Below the pieces are notes generated by a model. That model saw only the letters and a list, made by a program, of their open reading frames with translations, had not been told where the DNA came from and ran no database searches. The translations under genes were made by a program, and so were the position numbers. This document shows, piece after piece, positions 1 to 13,996 of a stretch of 64,000 bases of DNA. Source of the DNA: Mobula hypostoma (Eukaryota); assembly GCF_963921235.1 (NCBI RefSeq), contig NC_086097.1, positions 233,370,001-233,434,000 of the forward strand, read 5' to 3'. Within the stretch, counting starts at the first letter, position 1, and each line of letters begins with the position of its first letter.

Positions 1-1202
1 ATTTTCAAAAGGCTTTTGACAAGGTCCCACACAGGAGATTAGTGTGCAAACTTAAAGCGCACGGTATTGGGGGTAAGGTATTGATGTGGATAGAGAATTG
101 GTTGGCAGACAGGAAGCAAAGAGTGGGAATAAACGGGACCTTTTCAGAATGGCAGGCGGTGACTAGTGGGGTACCGCAAGGCTCAGTGCTGGGACCCCAG
201 TTGTTTACAATATATATTAATGACTTGGATGAGGGAATTAAATGCAGCATCTCCAAGTTTGCGGATGGCACGAAGCTGGGCGGCAGTGTTAGCTGTGAGG
301 AGGATGCTAAGAGGATGCAGGGTGACGTGGGTAGGTTGGGTGAGTGGGCAAATTCATAGCAGAGGCAATTTAATGTGGATAAATGTGAAGTTATCCACTT
401 TGGTGGCAAAAATAGGAAAACAGATTATTATCTGAATGGTGGCCGATTAGGAAAAGGGGAGGTGCAACGAGACCTGGATGTCATTATACACCAGTCATTG
501 AAAGTGGGCATGCAGGTACAGCAGGCGGTGAAAAAGGCGAATGGTATGTTGGCATTTATAGCGAGAGGATTCGAGTACAGGAGCAGGGAGGTACTACTGC
601 AGTTGTACAAGGCCTTGATGAGACCACACCTGGAGTATTTTGTGCAGTTTTGGTCCCCTAATCTGAGGAAAGACATCCTTGCCATAGAGGGAGTACAAAG
701 AAGGTTCACCAGATTGATTCCTGGGATGGCAGGACTTTCATATGAAGAAAGACTGGATGAACTAGGCTTGTACTCGTTGGAATTTAGAAGATTGAGGGGG
801 GATTTGATTGAAACGTATAAGATCCTAGAGGGATTGGACAGGCTAGATGCAGGGAGATTGTTCCCGATGTTGGGGAAGTCCAGAACGAGTGGTCATAGTT
901 TGAGGATAAGGGGGAAGCCTTTTAGGACCGAGATTAGGAAAAACTTCTTCACACAGAGAGTGGTGAATCTGTGGAATTCTCTGCCACAGGAAACAGTTGA
1001 GGCCAGTTCATTGGCTATATTTAAGAGGGAGTTAGATATGGCCCTTGTGGCTAAAGGGATCAGGGGGTATGGAGGGAAGGCTGGTGCAGGGTTCTGAGTT
1101 GGATGATCAGCCATGATCATAATAAATGGCGATGCAGGCTCGAAGGGCCGAATGGCCTACTCCTGCACCTATTTTCTATGTTTCTATGTTTCTATGTTTC
1201 TA
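1..1202 (+). mobile_element. Young CR1 LINE, 3' portion (RT C-terminal half, 3'UTR, tail); copy A, runs off the window start
   Basis: KAFDKVPH, GVPQGSVLGP and SKFADG (FADD mutated) motifs; premature TAG near 357; C-terminal ORF 375-1097; (TTTCTATG)n tail ending ~1202. Confidence 0.95.
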
Positions 1203-1405
1203 TCTGGCTTAAATTTATTTTGGTTTTCTATTAAATCTTTGTTTGGCCATCAAGAGAATCAACATCTGATTGAAGAGTTTATTATTCAGATTATACGTGA
1301 GACTAGGTTATATTCGAGAATTTGAGTTCCTTGAAGTTCTATAATTAATTATACATCCTACGGAGGGCTGTAATACGCCTAGATGCATCTAAACAGCCGG
1401 AAATA

Positions 1406-1437
1406 GAAGAAGAAGAAGAAGAAGAAGAAGAAGAAGA
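1406..1437 (+). repeat. (GAA)n microsatellite, possibly the tail of a very short retroposon stub starting ~1355
   Basis: About 10 perfect GAA units. Confidence 0.85.
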
Positions 1438-2764
1438 GTCTTGGGTTTAGCTGCCCATTAGCTGAAACTCCTTGTTTTCACAAGGAGTTGCTCTGATTAA
1501 GATAATCCAGAGCAAGAATCAGTTCATCAAACAGCTCACAAAATGGCGGCTGCAGGGACATTCTCACAAAATGGCCACATCCATTCCTATTCACTGATTG
1601 TCATTCATTCTGGCCAACAGTTGGCCTTTAATATTCCATTGCTGAGACAGAAATAGGGTTGCACAGGTAGGTTCAAGAACCTGACGTTTATGAATAGTAT
1701 TTCCTGAACTTGGTGGTGTAGAACTGCAGATTCCTCTACTCTACTGTTGGTAGAGGTGAGAAGAGGACATAATGATTCAGAGAGTGGTAATCCTTGATGA
1801 TAGATGTCACCTTCTTGAGGCATGCTTTCACTGGAGGGTAGACAGCATAGACAATTACCTAAGGCAGGATTATTGACACTCATTTCACTTGCAACTTGTT
1901 TCAGAATAACTAGGGATAATTGACGCCTGTCTCCAAAGGTTATGTCTGAAAAACCCTTCTTCAAAAATCTTCACTTCCAACAAAAGTTAATTTTCTCTCG
2001 CTTTCTTTCATTGGTTGAAAGGTCTGATTCTATCAATGGCTCAGATGAAGACAAAACCCATCATCTTAATTACACAGTTCCATTTCATTGGTTACCTCTT
2101 CAAGCAACTGCAGTTTACCGGACCATAATTGAATTTGACCCCTGCCCTTAAGTATGTCCCATCTCCAAGAATTAAAAAAACAACACGTTGTATAAAATCC
2201 CAAATGAGAATCCCGGCAGATATTTTAATTCATTGAACTTTTTCCTTTTCAATACCACTTTCAGCTGTAAGTCATTCCTATAGAATTCTTAGTTGTCCTT
2301 GTCATTTGGAAAATAAATTTAATAGCCTTGAGTTCTGGTTCAGCCATTTTCTTTGCTTTATTTTTCAGTACATTACTGACTAAATCACCCTACACCGCCC
2401 CCCCTGGCTCTTTTTCTGACCCAGAACTGCTTCACTTTTTCACCCAATCATTAAAAAGCAGGGAGGCTTATCAGTAAAGTTCCGTGCTATTTTACCTGCG
2501 CTGCTGAGAATGCTACTGTCACTTTATACCTTCCTTATCGTGGTTATTAAACTCCAGAATTGCCTATCAGGCTGACAGTCTCAGGATGACTTTAGTTGTA
2601 GGATCAGCTTAGGAATCCCTGCTACAGAGTAACCAGACCCTAAGTCGGTCAGGGTGTTGCAGCTGATGAGACGGGTTTACCATGAGCTGCTCATGTTAAC
2701 AACACTTGCATATGTAAAGGTCAACTGCCTAACATGGCTATAAATGGAAAATAAAAAAAACGAT

Positions 2765-3075
2765 TAGCTTTATTTATCATATGTACATCAATACGTAAGG
2801 TGAAATGCATCGTTTCACATCAGATCAAACCAGCGAGGAATGTGCTGGGGGGCAGAAAATGTCACTAAGCTGCCAGCTCCAATATAGTATGCCCTCACCT
2901 TACTAACCCTAACCGTATGTCTTTGGAATGTGGGAGGAAACCCATGCACCCAGGGGAAACCCATGCAATTACAGGGAGAACTTACAAAACTTCGTTACAG
3001 ACAGCAGCAAGTACTGAACCTGGATCAGTGAACACCAGTGCAGTAAAACGATTGCGGTAACTCCTACACCACTGT
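2765..3075 (-). mobile_element. tRNA-derived SINE (HE1/V-SINE-like), degraded
   Basis: TCTTTGGAATGTGGGAGGAAACC...GGAAACCCATGC...ACAGGGAGAAC central block; related pieces at ~20220-20410 and ~52050-52240. Confidence 0.6.
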
Positions 3076-3086
3076 CCACCCCTATA

Positions 3087-3280
3087 GAAATCAGCAGATG
3101 CAGAAAATCTGAATCAACAATAGAAAATGAAATTGACTCAGCTGGTCAGGCAGCATCAGTGGAAAAAGAAACCGAAGTAATATTTCAGGTTAAAGGGTCT
3201 TTACACCAAATTGTTAATTATATTTCTCTTTCCACAAATGCTTGACTGGTGGAATGTTTTCAGAAGTTTTGTTTTCATTA
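3087..3280. mobile_element. Degenerate head-to-head Penelope-like pseudo-LTR remnants
   Basis: GCAGATGC...GGTCAGGCAGCATCAGTGGAAA followed by its approximate reverse complement TTTCCACAAATGCTTGACTGG. Confidence 0.5.
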
Positions 3281-4382
3281 TATTGATTTAACTCTCCCTG
3301 TTTTCCAGCTGAGAATGTTTACTGCATATTACTGCTTATCACTGTGCCATCTTGAATAAACCTCAATTCACCTACTTCTAGTCTAATTCCAGAATTTATG
3401 GACTTTCTTTCAAGCACTCCACAACTAGTGGTCTCTGCATTACTTACTCACTTACTTATTTATTTTTATTTGTATAGTTTGTCTTCTTTTGCACATCAGT
3501 TGTTTGTCAAGCAACCAATGTTCCTAGTTTTTCATTGATATTATTGCATTTCTTTGTTTATCTATTGTACTTGCCTGCAAGAAAGCTCAAGGTAATTTAT
3601 GGAGACTTACATACTTTTGTATTTTTAAGCAGTGATATAATAATTTCAAAAATACTACTTATTTTTTCAAACTGTATGTCTGATTTGTTTTGTTTTGCCT
3701 TTAAAATATTCTACCCATTTCTAACTTAACCAAAGTACAGAGAAGGTATCAATATATTAACTACTATTTTAAGATGACAAGTGCACACTAAAAATTGCTC
3801 CTTTTGTACTTATCTATACCTGTTGATTTTTTTTTATATCTCATTGCTTTCAGGCAACACATAATATTTATTGTCAATAAATCTAATTTAAGGTTATTTA
3901 TCTACCCCAGATGACTGCTGAGAAGACGAGCACATTTCTTTCACTGTGCTCAATCCTGCCACAGGGTCTTTATTCGGGAGTCATTTAATCTTGTATAGTC
4001 AAGATTGATCTTGATTGTAAATAGCAGAGATGGCTTTCACAAATGATTTTTGATGTTCACTGGCAGCTGAGACCAAACCAATGTCAAAATTAGAATTTTG
4101 TTTTTTTAATATATAAATTGGATTGTAGCAGTGATATTTGTTCCTTGAGTGTTGTGTTCTGGTAGCTGTAGCTGTGAACCACATGCAAAATACAATCTTA
4201 CTGCTGCATTTCGCACAGGCAAATCTTCTCCAGTTGGAATAGTCCCTCCAAATGAAGGAGTTGTTCACTTGCACTTCACCCAAACTAATATCCTCTGTTC
4301 AGTGGTTTCCTATATAAAGATGAACTAATAACAGATATTGGAATAACCTCAGCAACCCTGAGCATAGCCTATAATAGGTATA

Positions 4383-5586
4383 AAGTGGATTCTGATTAAT
4401 TGTGCCATTGGTTAATCGAAGCAGTCACTTTCTTGAGCCAACTCAAAGAACAAAAACTATTTGAGAAAATAACCGGAATTCCGTTCGTTTATTTTGGGCA
4501 CTCTGATGCTGAATTGGGTCAGCAGATGCCACCGAACATTTGAACTTAAGAACATGAGAACATAGGAAATAGGAGCAGGAGTGGGTCATCCGGCCCATCG
4601 AGCCTGCCCCGTCATTCAATAAGATCATGGCTGATCTGTCCGTAAACTCAGCTCCATCTAGCTGTCTTTTCCCCATAACCCTTAATTCCCTTACTATGTA
4701 AAAACCTATCTAACTATTTCTTAAATATACTTAGTGAGGAAGCCTCAACTGCTTTACTGGGCAGAGAATTCCACAGATTCACCACTCTCTGAGTAAAGCA
4801 ATTTCTCCTCATCTCTGTCCTAAATCTTCTTCCCTGAATCTTGAGGCAATGTTCCCTAATTCTAGTCTCACCTACCAATGGAAACAACTTTCCTACTTCT
4901 ATCTTATCTATCCTTTTCAAAATTTTGTATACACAACTTGTGTGGCCATTAAGTCTACCCCATGCTTAGATCCAAACATTTTTTTTTAGATAACATAGTT
5001 GTATGTATTTGTGTTCAAAAAGCAGTGATTTTTGTCATTGATAGTTGGCAAGAAATAAGCAGTAAGCCATTTCAGAAATGTTTAGCTCACTGTGGTTTCA
5101 AACATTCAGGCTTGGAGATTCAAGAAACAGCTGGGAATGAAAAATGAAATGATTTCACTGCTTCAGCAAGTTAAGGACTATAAAGAATTTGAAGGTATCG
5201 GCAATCATTTTGAATGTTACACTGAAAATGAAGATTTGGAGGACGCAATCATTAAAAGAATTGCATGATGGCAGTCCATTATCTGCACTTGGTGCTTGCA
5301 CAGATTTTGTTCATTTACAGTCAATCAATAGAACATGGCAGAGTGCACTGGTAATTCCTCCATTGATAACTATTAGGAACTAATACAGTTTTATAGTGTT
5401 AGATTATTAGTGTCCTAAATTGTTCTGAGCTTCATTTAAGAACATAATTTGTTACGCAGTTATGTGGTAAGTTGTCTTTTTTAATACCTTTTTAACGATT
5501 TCCATGAAACCTTCTAATTGGAGCAGCTGCTTAATTGGGCCAAAATATATTGATTCCATAGTGTTCCATCTAACTGGAATCCATGG
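4383..5586 (+). mobile_element. Non-autonomous Tc1/mariner (Tigger/pogo-type) DNA transposon, interrupted by a CR1 fragment
   Basis: Degenerate TIRs (TA|AAGTGGATTCTGATTAA ... TAACTGGAATCCATGG|TA); internal remnant AVIFVIDSWQEISSKPFQKCLAHCGF resembles a Tigger transposase C-terminus. Confidence 0.6.
4547..4930 (-). mobile_element. CR1 LINE 3' fragment nested in the Tigger-like element
   Basis: ORF 4714-4920 FTQRVVNLWNSLP; CR1 3'UTR and short tandem tail. Confidence 0.85.
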
Positions 5587-5989
5587 TATGCCTGTTGTCC
5601 CACTCATTCTCTTCCCTTCTCCAACCTCCCTTCAACTTAAAACTAGCTTGCTTCCCCTCCTTCCTTTTCTAATGAAGGTTATCTATTATTAAGTTTGTTT
5701 ACCCACACAGATGCTGCCTGACCTGCTGAGCATCTCCAGGTTTTAGCAGGAAGCCATTTAAGTGCAGGGTGCAATTCTTCAACCTGAACCTCATTGGTCA
5801 ACAATGTGTGATCTATCTGCACTTCAACAAAGATGACCACACAGGTATTAGCCACCTCTTGCTTCAGAGAAGAATACAGATGGTATTGTCTGAGGCTTTC
5901 AATGTGATTCAATGTGACTTTGACAATTGACTTTGCAATGGCATGACAGAATTTAAAGCTTCCTCTTTAATAGCTAGTGGCTTAGAATC

Positions 5990-6445
5990 AGAGAGTCATA
6001 GAGCACTGTTGCACAGAAACAGACCTTTTAAAGATCTAGTCAGCGCTAAACTGTTACTCTGCCTAATCTGTTTGACCTACAGCTGGACCATAGCCCTCCA
6101 TATCCCTACAGTCCATGTATTTATCCAAATTTCTCTTAAATTTTGAAATTGAAACTGTATCCAATATTTCCTCTGGCAGCTCGTTCCACACTTACACCAC
6201 TTTAAGTGTAGAAGAAACCACCCCTCCTCAGGTTCCCTTTAAATATTTCACCTTTGACCTTTAGCTTATGACCCGCTAGTTCTAGTTTCTTACAACCTCA
6301 GTGGAAAAAGCCTGTTTGCACTAATTCTGCCTATACCTCTGATAATATTGCACTCTATCAAACCTCCCCTCATTCTCCTAAAAGTCCAGGAAGTAAATCT
6401 TAATCTATTCAACCTTTCTCTATAACTCGGGTCCTCAATTCTTGC
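5990..6445 (-). mobile_element. Old CR1 LINE 3' fragment
   Basis: SYRERLNRL...RRMRGGLIE..IIRGI..LFPL. Confidence 0.7.
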
Positions 6446-6849
6446 TTCCGATTCTGTTGTAATTAAGCCTATAAATGTACAAATGAAGCTGGTTAGCAAG
6501 CTCTGTCAAAACATTTGTGCTAACTTGACAGTGAACTCTTTAACATTGAACCCAGGCTTTTCAGTAGGGTTCCCAATGCATTGTTATAAGACTCCCTCCA
6601 CAGTCCATCTTATCTGATTCCCATTTTTTTGGGGACTCTATGTCTTTAATTTATACATTAAAGACATAGAGTCATACAATATGGAAGCAAGCCCTTTGGC
6701 CTAAATGGTCGATGCTGATTAAGATGCCCCATGCAAGCTAGTCTCATTTCGCAGAATCCAGTGAATAACTTTCTAAACCTTTCTAATCTACTGTATGTAC
6801 CTGTCCAGCTGTCAAGTTGTTATTGTACCAGGACCTGTCTCAACCAACT

Positions 6850-9800
6850 TCCTCTCTTTGCCTACCTCCCTCCCTTATTAAAGAGCGGAGTGACATTTGC
6901 GATCTTCCACTCCTCCAGAACAATTCCATAATCTAATGATTCTTGAAGGATCATTACTAATGCCTCCACGGTTTCTTCAGCTATCTCATTCAGAACCCTG
7001 GAGTGTATTTTAACTGGTTCAGGTGACTTGTCAACCTTCAGACCTTTCAACTTCCTAAGCACCTTATCCTCATTAATAGCAACTACATTCATTTCTGTCT
7101 TCTGACACACTCGAATTTCTGGCATGCTGCTGGTACCTTCCACAGAGAAGACTGATGCAAATATCATAGAAACATAGAAACATAGAAAATAGGTGCAGGA
7201 GTAGGCCATTCGGCCCTTCGAGCCTGCACCGCCATTTATTATGATCATGGCTGAACCTCCAACTCAGAACCCCGCCCCAGCCTTCCCTCCATACCCCCTG
7301 TTCCCCGTAGCCACAAGGGCCATATCTAACTCCCTCTTAAATATAGCCAATGAACCGGCCTCAATAGTTTGCTGTGGCAGAGAATTCCACAGATTCACCA
7401 CTCTCTGTGTGAAGAAGTTTTTCCTAATCTCAGTCGATTCACCACTCTCTGTGTGAAGAAGTTTTTCCTAATCTCAGTCCTAGGATGTCTTTCCTCAGAT
7501 TAGGGGACCAAAACTGCACACAATACTCCAGGTGTGGTCTCACCAAGGCCTTGTACAACTGCAGTAGTACCTCCCTGCTCCTGTACTCGAATCCTCTCGC
7601 TATAAATGCCAGCATACCATTCGTCTTTTTCACCGCCTGCTGTACCTGCATGCCCACTTTCAATGACTGGTGTATGACATCCAGGTCTCGTTGCATCTCC
7701 CCTTTTCCTAATCGGCCACCATTCAGATAATAATCTGTTTTCCTATTTTTGCCACCAAAGTGGATAACTTCACATTTATCCACGTTAAATTGCATCTTCC
7801 ATGAATTTGCCCACTTACCCAACCTATCCAAGTCACCCTGCATCCTCTTAGCATCCTCCTCACAGCTAACACTGCCACCCAGCTTCGTGTCATCCGCAAA
7901 CTTGGAGACGCTGCATTTAATTCCCTCATCCAAGTCATTAATATATATTGTAAACAACTGGGGTCCCAGCACTGAGCCTTGCGGTACCCCACTAGTCACT
8001 GCCTGCCATTCTGAAAAGGTCCCGTTTATTCCCACTCTTTGCTTCCTGTCTGCTAACCAATTCTCCACCCACACCAATACCTTACCCCCAATACCGTGTG
8101 CTTTAAGTTTGCACACTAATCTCCTGTGTGGGACCTTGTCAAAAGCCTTTTGAAAATCCAAATATACCACATCCACTGGTTCTCCCCTATCCACTCTACT
8201 AGTTACATCCTCAAAAAATTCTATGAGATTCGTCAGACATGATTTTCCTTTCACAAATCCATGCTGACTTTGTCCGATGATTTCACCGCTTTCCAAATGT
8301 GCTGTTATCACATCCTTGATAACTGACTCCAGCAGTTTACCCACCACCGACGTTAGGCTAACCGGTCTATAATTCCTCGGTTTCTCTCTCCCTCCTTTTT
8401 TAAAAAGTGGAGTTACATTAGCCACCCTCCAATTCTCAGGAACTAGTCCAGAATCTAACCAGTTTTGAAAAATTATCACTAATGCATCCACTATTTCTTG
8501 GGCTACTTCTTTAAGCACTCTAGGATGCAGACCATCTGGCCGTGGGGATTTATCTGCCTTCAATCCCTTCAATTTACCTAACACCACTTCCCTACTAACA
8601 TGTATTTCGCTCAGTTCCTCCATCTCACTGAACCCTCTGTCCCCTACTATTTCTGGAAGATTATTTATGTCCTCCTTAGTGAAGACAGAACCAAAGTAAT
8701 TATTCAATTGGTCTGCCATGTCCTTGCTCCCCATAATCAATTCACTTGTTTCTGTCTGCAGGGGACCTACATTTGTCTTTATCAGTCTTTTCCTTTTTAC
8801 ATATCTATAAAAGCTTTTACAGTCCATTTTTATGTTCCCTGCCAGTTTTCTCTCATAATCTTTTTTCCCCTTCCTAATTAAGCCCTTTGTCCTCCTCTGC
8901 TGAACTCTGAATTTCTCCCAGTCCTCAGGTGAGCCACTTTCTCTGGCTAATTTGTATGCTTCTTCTTTGGAATTGATACTATCCCTAATTTCTCTTGTCA
9001 GCCACGGGTGCACCACCTTCCTTGATTTATTTTTTTGCCAAACTGGGATGAACAATTGTTGTAGTTCGTCCATGCAACCTTTAAATGCTTGCCATTGCAT
9101 ATCCACCGTCAACCCTTTAAGTGTCATTTGCCAGTCTATCTTAGCTAATTCACGTCTCATACCTTCAAAGTTACCCCTCTTTAAGTTCAGAACCTTTGTT
9201 TCTGAATTAACTATGTCACTCTCCATCTTACTGAAGAATTCCACCATATTATGTTCACTCTTGCCCAAGGGGCCTCTCACGACAAGATCTTATTAGGTTC
9301 ACCCGCCATTTCTTTATCCCACATTACTACGTCTCTTGCATTATTTTCTAACGGTCCAATATCCATTCTCGCCTCTCTCTTACTCTTTTTTTTGACATAG
9401 AAACATAGAAATTACTAGGCTTACCCCTAGCCCAAATTTTCCTAAGCTCCATGTACCTATCCAAAAGTCCCTTAAAAGACCCTATCGTATCCACCTCCAC
9501 CACTGTTGCTTGCAGCAAATATCTAGGATGCATTGGCTGGGAAACTTCTTCTGAAAACTTTTACAATCCTCTTTTGTACCATTGGCTACCTCACTTTCAC
9601 ACTTCATCTTTTCTCTTCTTATGGCTTTTTTAGTTGTGTTCTGTTGTTTTTTTAAAAGCTTCCCAATCCTTTAACTTCCCATTAACGTTTGCTGTTTTTT
9701 ATACCCTCTGTTTTGCTTTTATGCTGCCTTTAACCTCTTGTCAGCCACAGTTGCCTCCTCTCTCATGAATGATTCCCTTTACTCCACTGTAATAACAACA

Positions 9801-11170
9801 CATCTGGCTTTAGCTTCCTCCTCTCAAGCTGCGGGGTGATATTGTGATCACCACTCCTAACGGTTCCTCTATCTTAACCTCCCTTATCAAATCCGGTTCA
9901 TTACACAACATCCAGTCCAGATAGACTTTCCCCTAGTGGGCTCTACCACAAGCTGCTGTATAAAAGCCACCTCTTATGTGTTCTACAAATTCCTTCTCAT
10001 GGGATCCAGTATCAATCTACGTGCATATTGAAATCGCCTATCACTATTGTACCATTTCCCTTTTTACATGCCTTTTCTATCTCCCATTGTGATTTGTAGT
10101 GTACATCCTCTACCTAACTTCCATCATAATCATTTTACCTTTGCAGTTTCTTAACTCTGCCCACAATAATTCTACATCTTTCAATCCTATGTCTCCTCTT
10201 TCTAAATATTTGATTTTTTTTACCAACAGAGCCACTCCACTCTCTCTGTCTACCTGTGTATCCTTGGATGTTAAGCTCCCAGCTATGATCTTTCAGCCAT
10301 GACTCAGTGATGGCCAAGGTGACATACCTGCCAATCTCTAGCTGTGCTACAAGCTCATCTACCTTATTCTGTGTACTGCATGCATTCAAATATAACACCT
10401 TCAGTCCTGTATTTATCACCCATTTCAATTTGGTCCCCATTTCAACTTATCCCACTGACTGCAATTTTGCCCTATCATCTGTCATTTCTTCCTCACAGTC
10501 TCACTACGTACTGCATCTACTTGTTTATCAATTGCCCCCTCCTCAGCCCTAACACTCCAGTTCCCATCCCTTTGCCAACTTAGTTTAAACCCTCCCCAAC
10601 AGCTCTAGCAAGCCTGCTCACCCTCATGTTCAGGTGTAACATGTCCTCTTCGTACAGATCGTACATTCCCCTGAAGAGATCCCAATGATCCAGAAATCTG
10701 AAACCTTGCCCCCTGCAACATTTCCTCAGCCACTCATTCAACTGTACTATCATCCTATTCCTGCCTTGACTAGCATGTGGTACTGGGAGTAATCCAGAGA
10801 TTACTACCTTGGAGGTTCGCACTTCAGCCTAACTGTCTATACTCACTTCCCCTTTCTACCTATCACATTGGTGCCAACGTGCACCACGGCCTTTGGCTGT
10901 TCCTCCTCCCTCTTGAGAATATTCAGCAGGCACTCTGAGACATTCCTAGCACCAGAGAGGTAATACACCATCTTGGTTTCTTTTTCACAGCCACAGAAAC
11001 TTCTACCCATCCCCCTAACTACTGAGTCTCCACTACTGTCACTCTACCTGATTCTAGCCTTCCCTGCTGAGCCTTAGGTAAGGACGACCAGGGTGTCACT
11101 GGCCTGGCTGCTGCTGCTGTGCCCTGATAGGTCACTCCCCCCCCCCCCAGCAGTATCCAAAGGGGTTTAC
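6850..11170 (-). mobile_element. Old internally deleted CR1 LINE with ORF1 SGNH-esterase and ORF2 APE/RT remnants; hosts young CR1 copy B and a short CR1 tail (~9395-9515)
   Basis: 10580-10822 VVISGLLPVPHAS..RN..I.QLNEWL...FLDHW (ORF1 esterase); 10135-10440 LKVLYLNA.S..NKVDEL...AITESWL (APE); 6862-7160 LKVDKSP..IHSRVL..WKIANVTPLF; the sequence rejoins across 7164/9289. Confidence 0.8.
7165..9288 (-). mobile_element. Young CR1 LINE copy B, 5'-truncated, with internal 44-bp duplication and ~245-bp deletion
   Basis: 613-aa ORF 7439-9280 with complete RT core (YLDFQKAFD, GVPQGSVLGP, KFADD); (CATAGAAA)n tail at 7165. Confidence 0.95.
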
Positions 11171-11260
11171 TTTGCTCTATCTTATAACAAATGAAAACAT
11201 TTTAGTTAAGGATCACAGAACAAAATAACAGAAAATGCCTTCAGCTAACCACAAAGTACA

Positions 11261-13095
11261 TGAATTGAATTGACTTTATTTCTTAACATCCTTCAGATAC
11301 ATGAGGTGTAAAAATCTTTAAGTAATGTCTCCATCTATAAATGCCATGTACAATCATAGTGATTTATAATAATTTATAATAAATAGAACAGTCAATGTAA
11401 TATAGAGTACACTCAAATCAGCGTGAGTTCATCAGTCTGATGGCCTGGTGGAAGAAACTGTCCTGGAGCCTGTTGGTCCTGGCTTTTATGCTATGGTTTC
11501 CTGGATGGTAGCAGCTGGAGTAAATTGTGGTTGGGGTGACTTGGGTCCCCAATGATCCTATGGACCCCTTTTACACACTTGTCCTTGTAAATGTCCTGAA
11601 TCATGGGAAGTTCACGACTACAGATGCGCTGGGCTGTCCACACCACTCTTTGCAGAGTCTGTGATTAAGGGAGGTACAGTTCCCATACCAGGCAGTGATG
11701 CAGCCTGTCAGAATGCTCTCAATTGTGCCCCTGTAGAAAGTTCCTAGGATCTGGGGTCTCATACCAAACTTCCTCAACCATCTGAGGGAAAGAGGCACTG
11801 TTGTGCTTTTTTCACCTCACAGCTGGTGTGTACAGACCATGTGAGGTCCTCGGCGATGTGGATGCCAAGGAACTTGAAACAGTTTACCCTTTCAACCCCA
11901 GATCCATTGATGTCAATGATATCAAAATGATGCCTGTCTCTATTCCTCCTGTAATCCACAACCAGCTCCTTTGTTTTAGTAACATTGAGGGAGAGGTCGT
12001 TTTCTTGACACCACTGTGTCAGAGAGCTGTCTTCTTCCCAGTAGGCCACCTCCTTATTGTTTGAGGTAAGGCCAATCAATGTAGTGTTGTTGGCAAATTT
12101 AATTAGCAGATTGGAGCTGTGGGTGGCGATACAGTCATGGGTATACAGGGGGTAAAGGAGGGGACTCAGTACACAGCCCTGAGGGGCTCCTGTATTGAGA
12201 GTCAGAGGGTTAGAGGTGAGGGAGCCCACTCTTACAACCTGCTGGCGATCTGACAGGAAGTCCAGGATCCAGCTGCACAGAGCAGGATCAGGGCTGAGTT
12301 CTCTGAGCTTCTTATCGAGCCTGGATGGAACTATGGTGTTGAATTTTGAACTGTAGTCCAAGAACAGCATTCTCACATAAGCATCCTTCTTCTCCAGACG
12401 TATAAGGACGGTATGTAGAGCAGTGGCTATTGCGTCATCTGTCCATTGGTTTTGTCGGTAGGCGAATTGTAGGGTGTCCAGTTTGACTGGTAGCAAGCTG
12501 CAGATGTAATCCTTGACCAGCCTCTCAAAGCATTGAAGTGAGTGCGACAGGACGCCAGTCCTTCAGGCATGTTACTTTGGCCTTTTTTGGTACAGGGACA
12601 AAGGTGGATAATTTGAAGCAGGAGGGCACTCTACACTGGCAGAGGGAGAGATTAAAAATGTCAGTAAACACACCCGCCAGTTGTACTGCGCACATCCTGG
12701 GTACTCGCCCTGGGATGCCGTCCGGTCCCGCAGCCTTGCGACTGTCCACTCGGTGGAAACATCTGCGTACCTCAGCTACAGAGATGACCAGGTTGCAGGT
12801 TGTAGCGGTGGCTCAGAGTTAGCGACATCGAACTGAGCATAAAAGCGATTGAGCTCATCTGGGAGAGAGACTGTGATGTTGGCGGCAACACAACGTTTGG
12901 CTTTGAAGTCTGCGATGGTATGCAGCCCTCGTCACAAGTCACATGTGCTATTTGTTGTGAATCTTGACTCAATCTTCTTCCTGTATTGTTGTTTCACAGC
13001 CTTGATAGCTTTGCACAGATCATAGCTGCTTTTCTTGAGCTCTAGTTGATCGCCAGCGATGTCAGCTCGATGTCGCACTGTGAGTGCTGCTCGCA
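11261..13095 (-). mobile_element. Rex1/Babar LINE, 5'-truncated and decayed
   Basis: [65 protein letters not shown] plus (ATTCA)n tail on the minus strand at ~11261-11280. Confidence 0.9.
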
Positions 13096-13973
13096 GACAT
13101 CAGAGCATTATAGGACTGGTATCCGATCTGATCACCATTCCTTCTGTTCACTTACATTGGTCAGTGCACAAATCCTGGTGAGGGAGTTTTAATATATTTC
13201 AGAATAAAAACAGAATTCATTATCTTGGATGGAACATACTTAACTGAAGTTCAGGGACTGAAATATGTTAATACAATAGCTAATAGAATTCCTTTCTCAC
13301 CAACTCTAAACTGAACAGAGCATATACCCATGAGACTCCTAAAGGTCAATTTCTTGACAACCTTATGTGGAAAAGTTCTGGTGACTGATCTGATTCCTTC
13401 ATGGCTGGAAGGCTCTTCTTTTAAAATAAAGTCTTGTCATAAATAATTGTAATCACATCTTTCCCTTTGATCTATACTGGGTTTTCTGTTCTCCCTTCCT
13501 CTCCTAGTCTGACAGACTTCTCTTCCTTTTCCTGCAAGGCACTGGCATCAGCTGTGCGATGCAATTTTAGTAAGAATTTATAATTTTGAATTAAATTCCA
13601 TCTGGTCAAACATATGTGTAGGAGTTGCAGTATGATTGCTTCACTTCAATAGAGTTACAAGTGAGAAACTGTTTCATTTGGAATACTAGTACAAGCAAGA
13701 TTTTACAGTTTGCAGGTGTGGAAATTAAAAGTTAAAATTTCCAAGCCCGTGATCATCATTCAAAACTGAAACACTCAACTCAGCTGAATTCATACTGATG
13801 TGAAATGCCATTTGAAGCATAAATAGTTACTCCTCCATCCTTCTCAGGGCTTTTAAGTGAATCAATAATTTTCTGACGATTGACATGTCTCAAAAGAATG
13901 TGACAGAACTTCAATATAGAGATAGCTATGAATATTATACCTCAATGGGCAAGCTAAAAGGAGTCTAGATAGA

Positions 13974-13996
13974 TCTCTCTCTCTCTCTCTCTCTCT
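13974..13996. repeat. (CT)n microsatellite
   Basis: Direct inspection. Confidence 0.85.

Noticed and set aside
5..709. Recurrent 134-aa (MPPKWITSHLS...), 93-aa and 89-aa ORFs seen three or four times in the window
   Set aside because: Antisense or alternate-frame shadows of CR1 ORF2; they recur only because the LINE copies are near-identical
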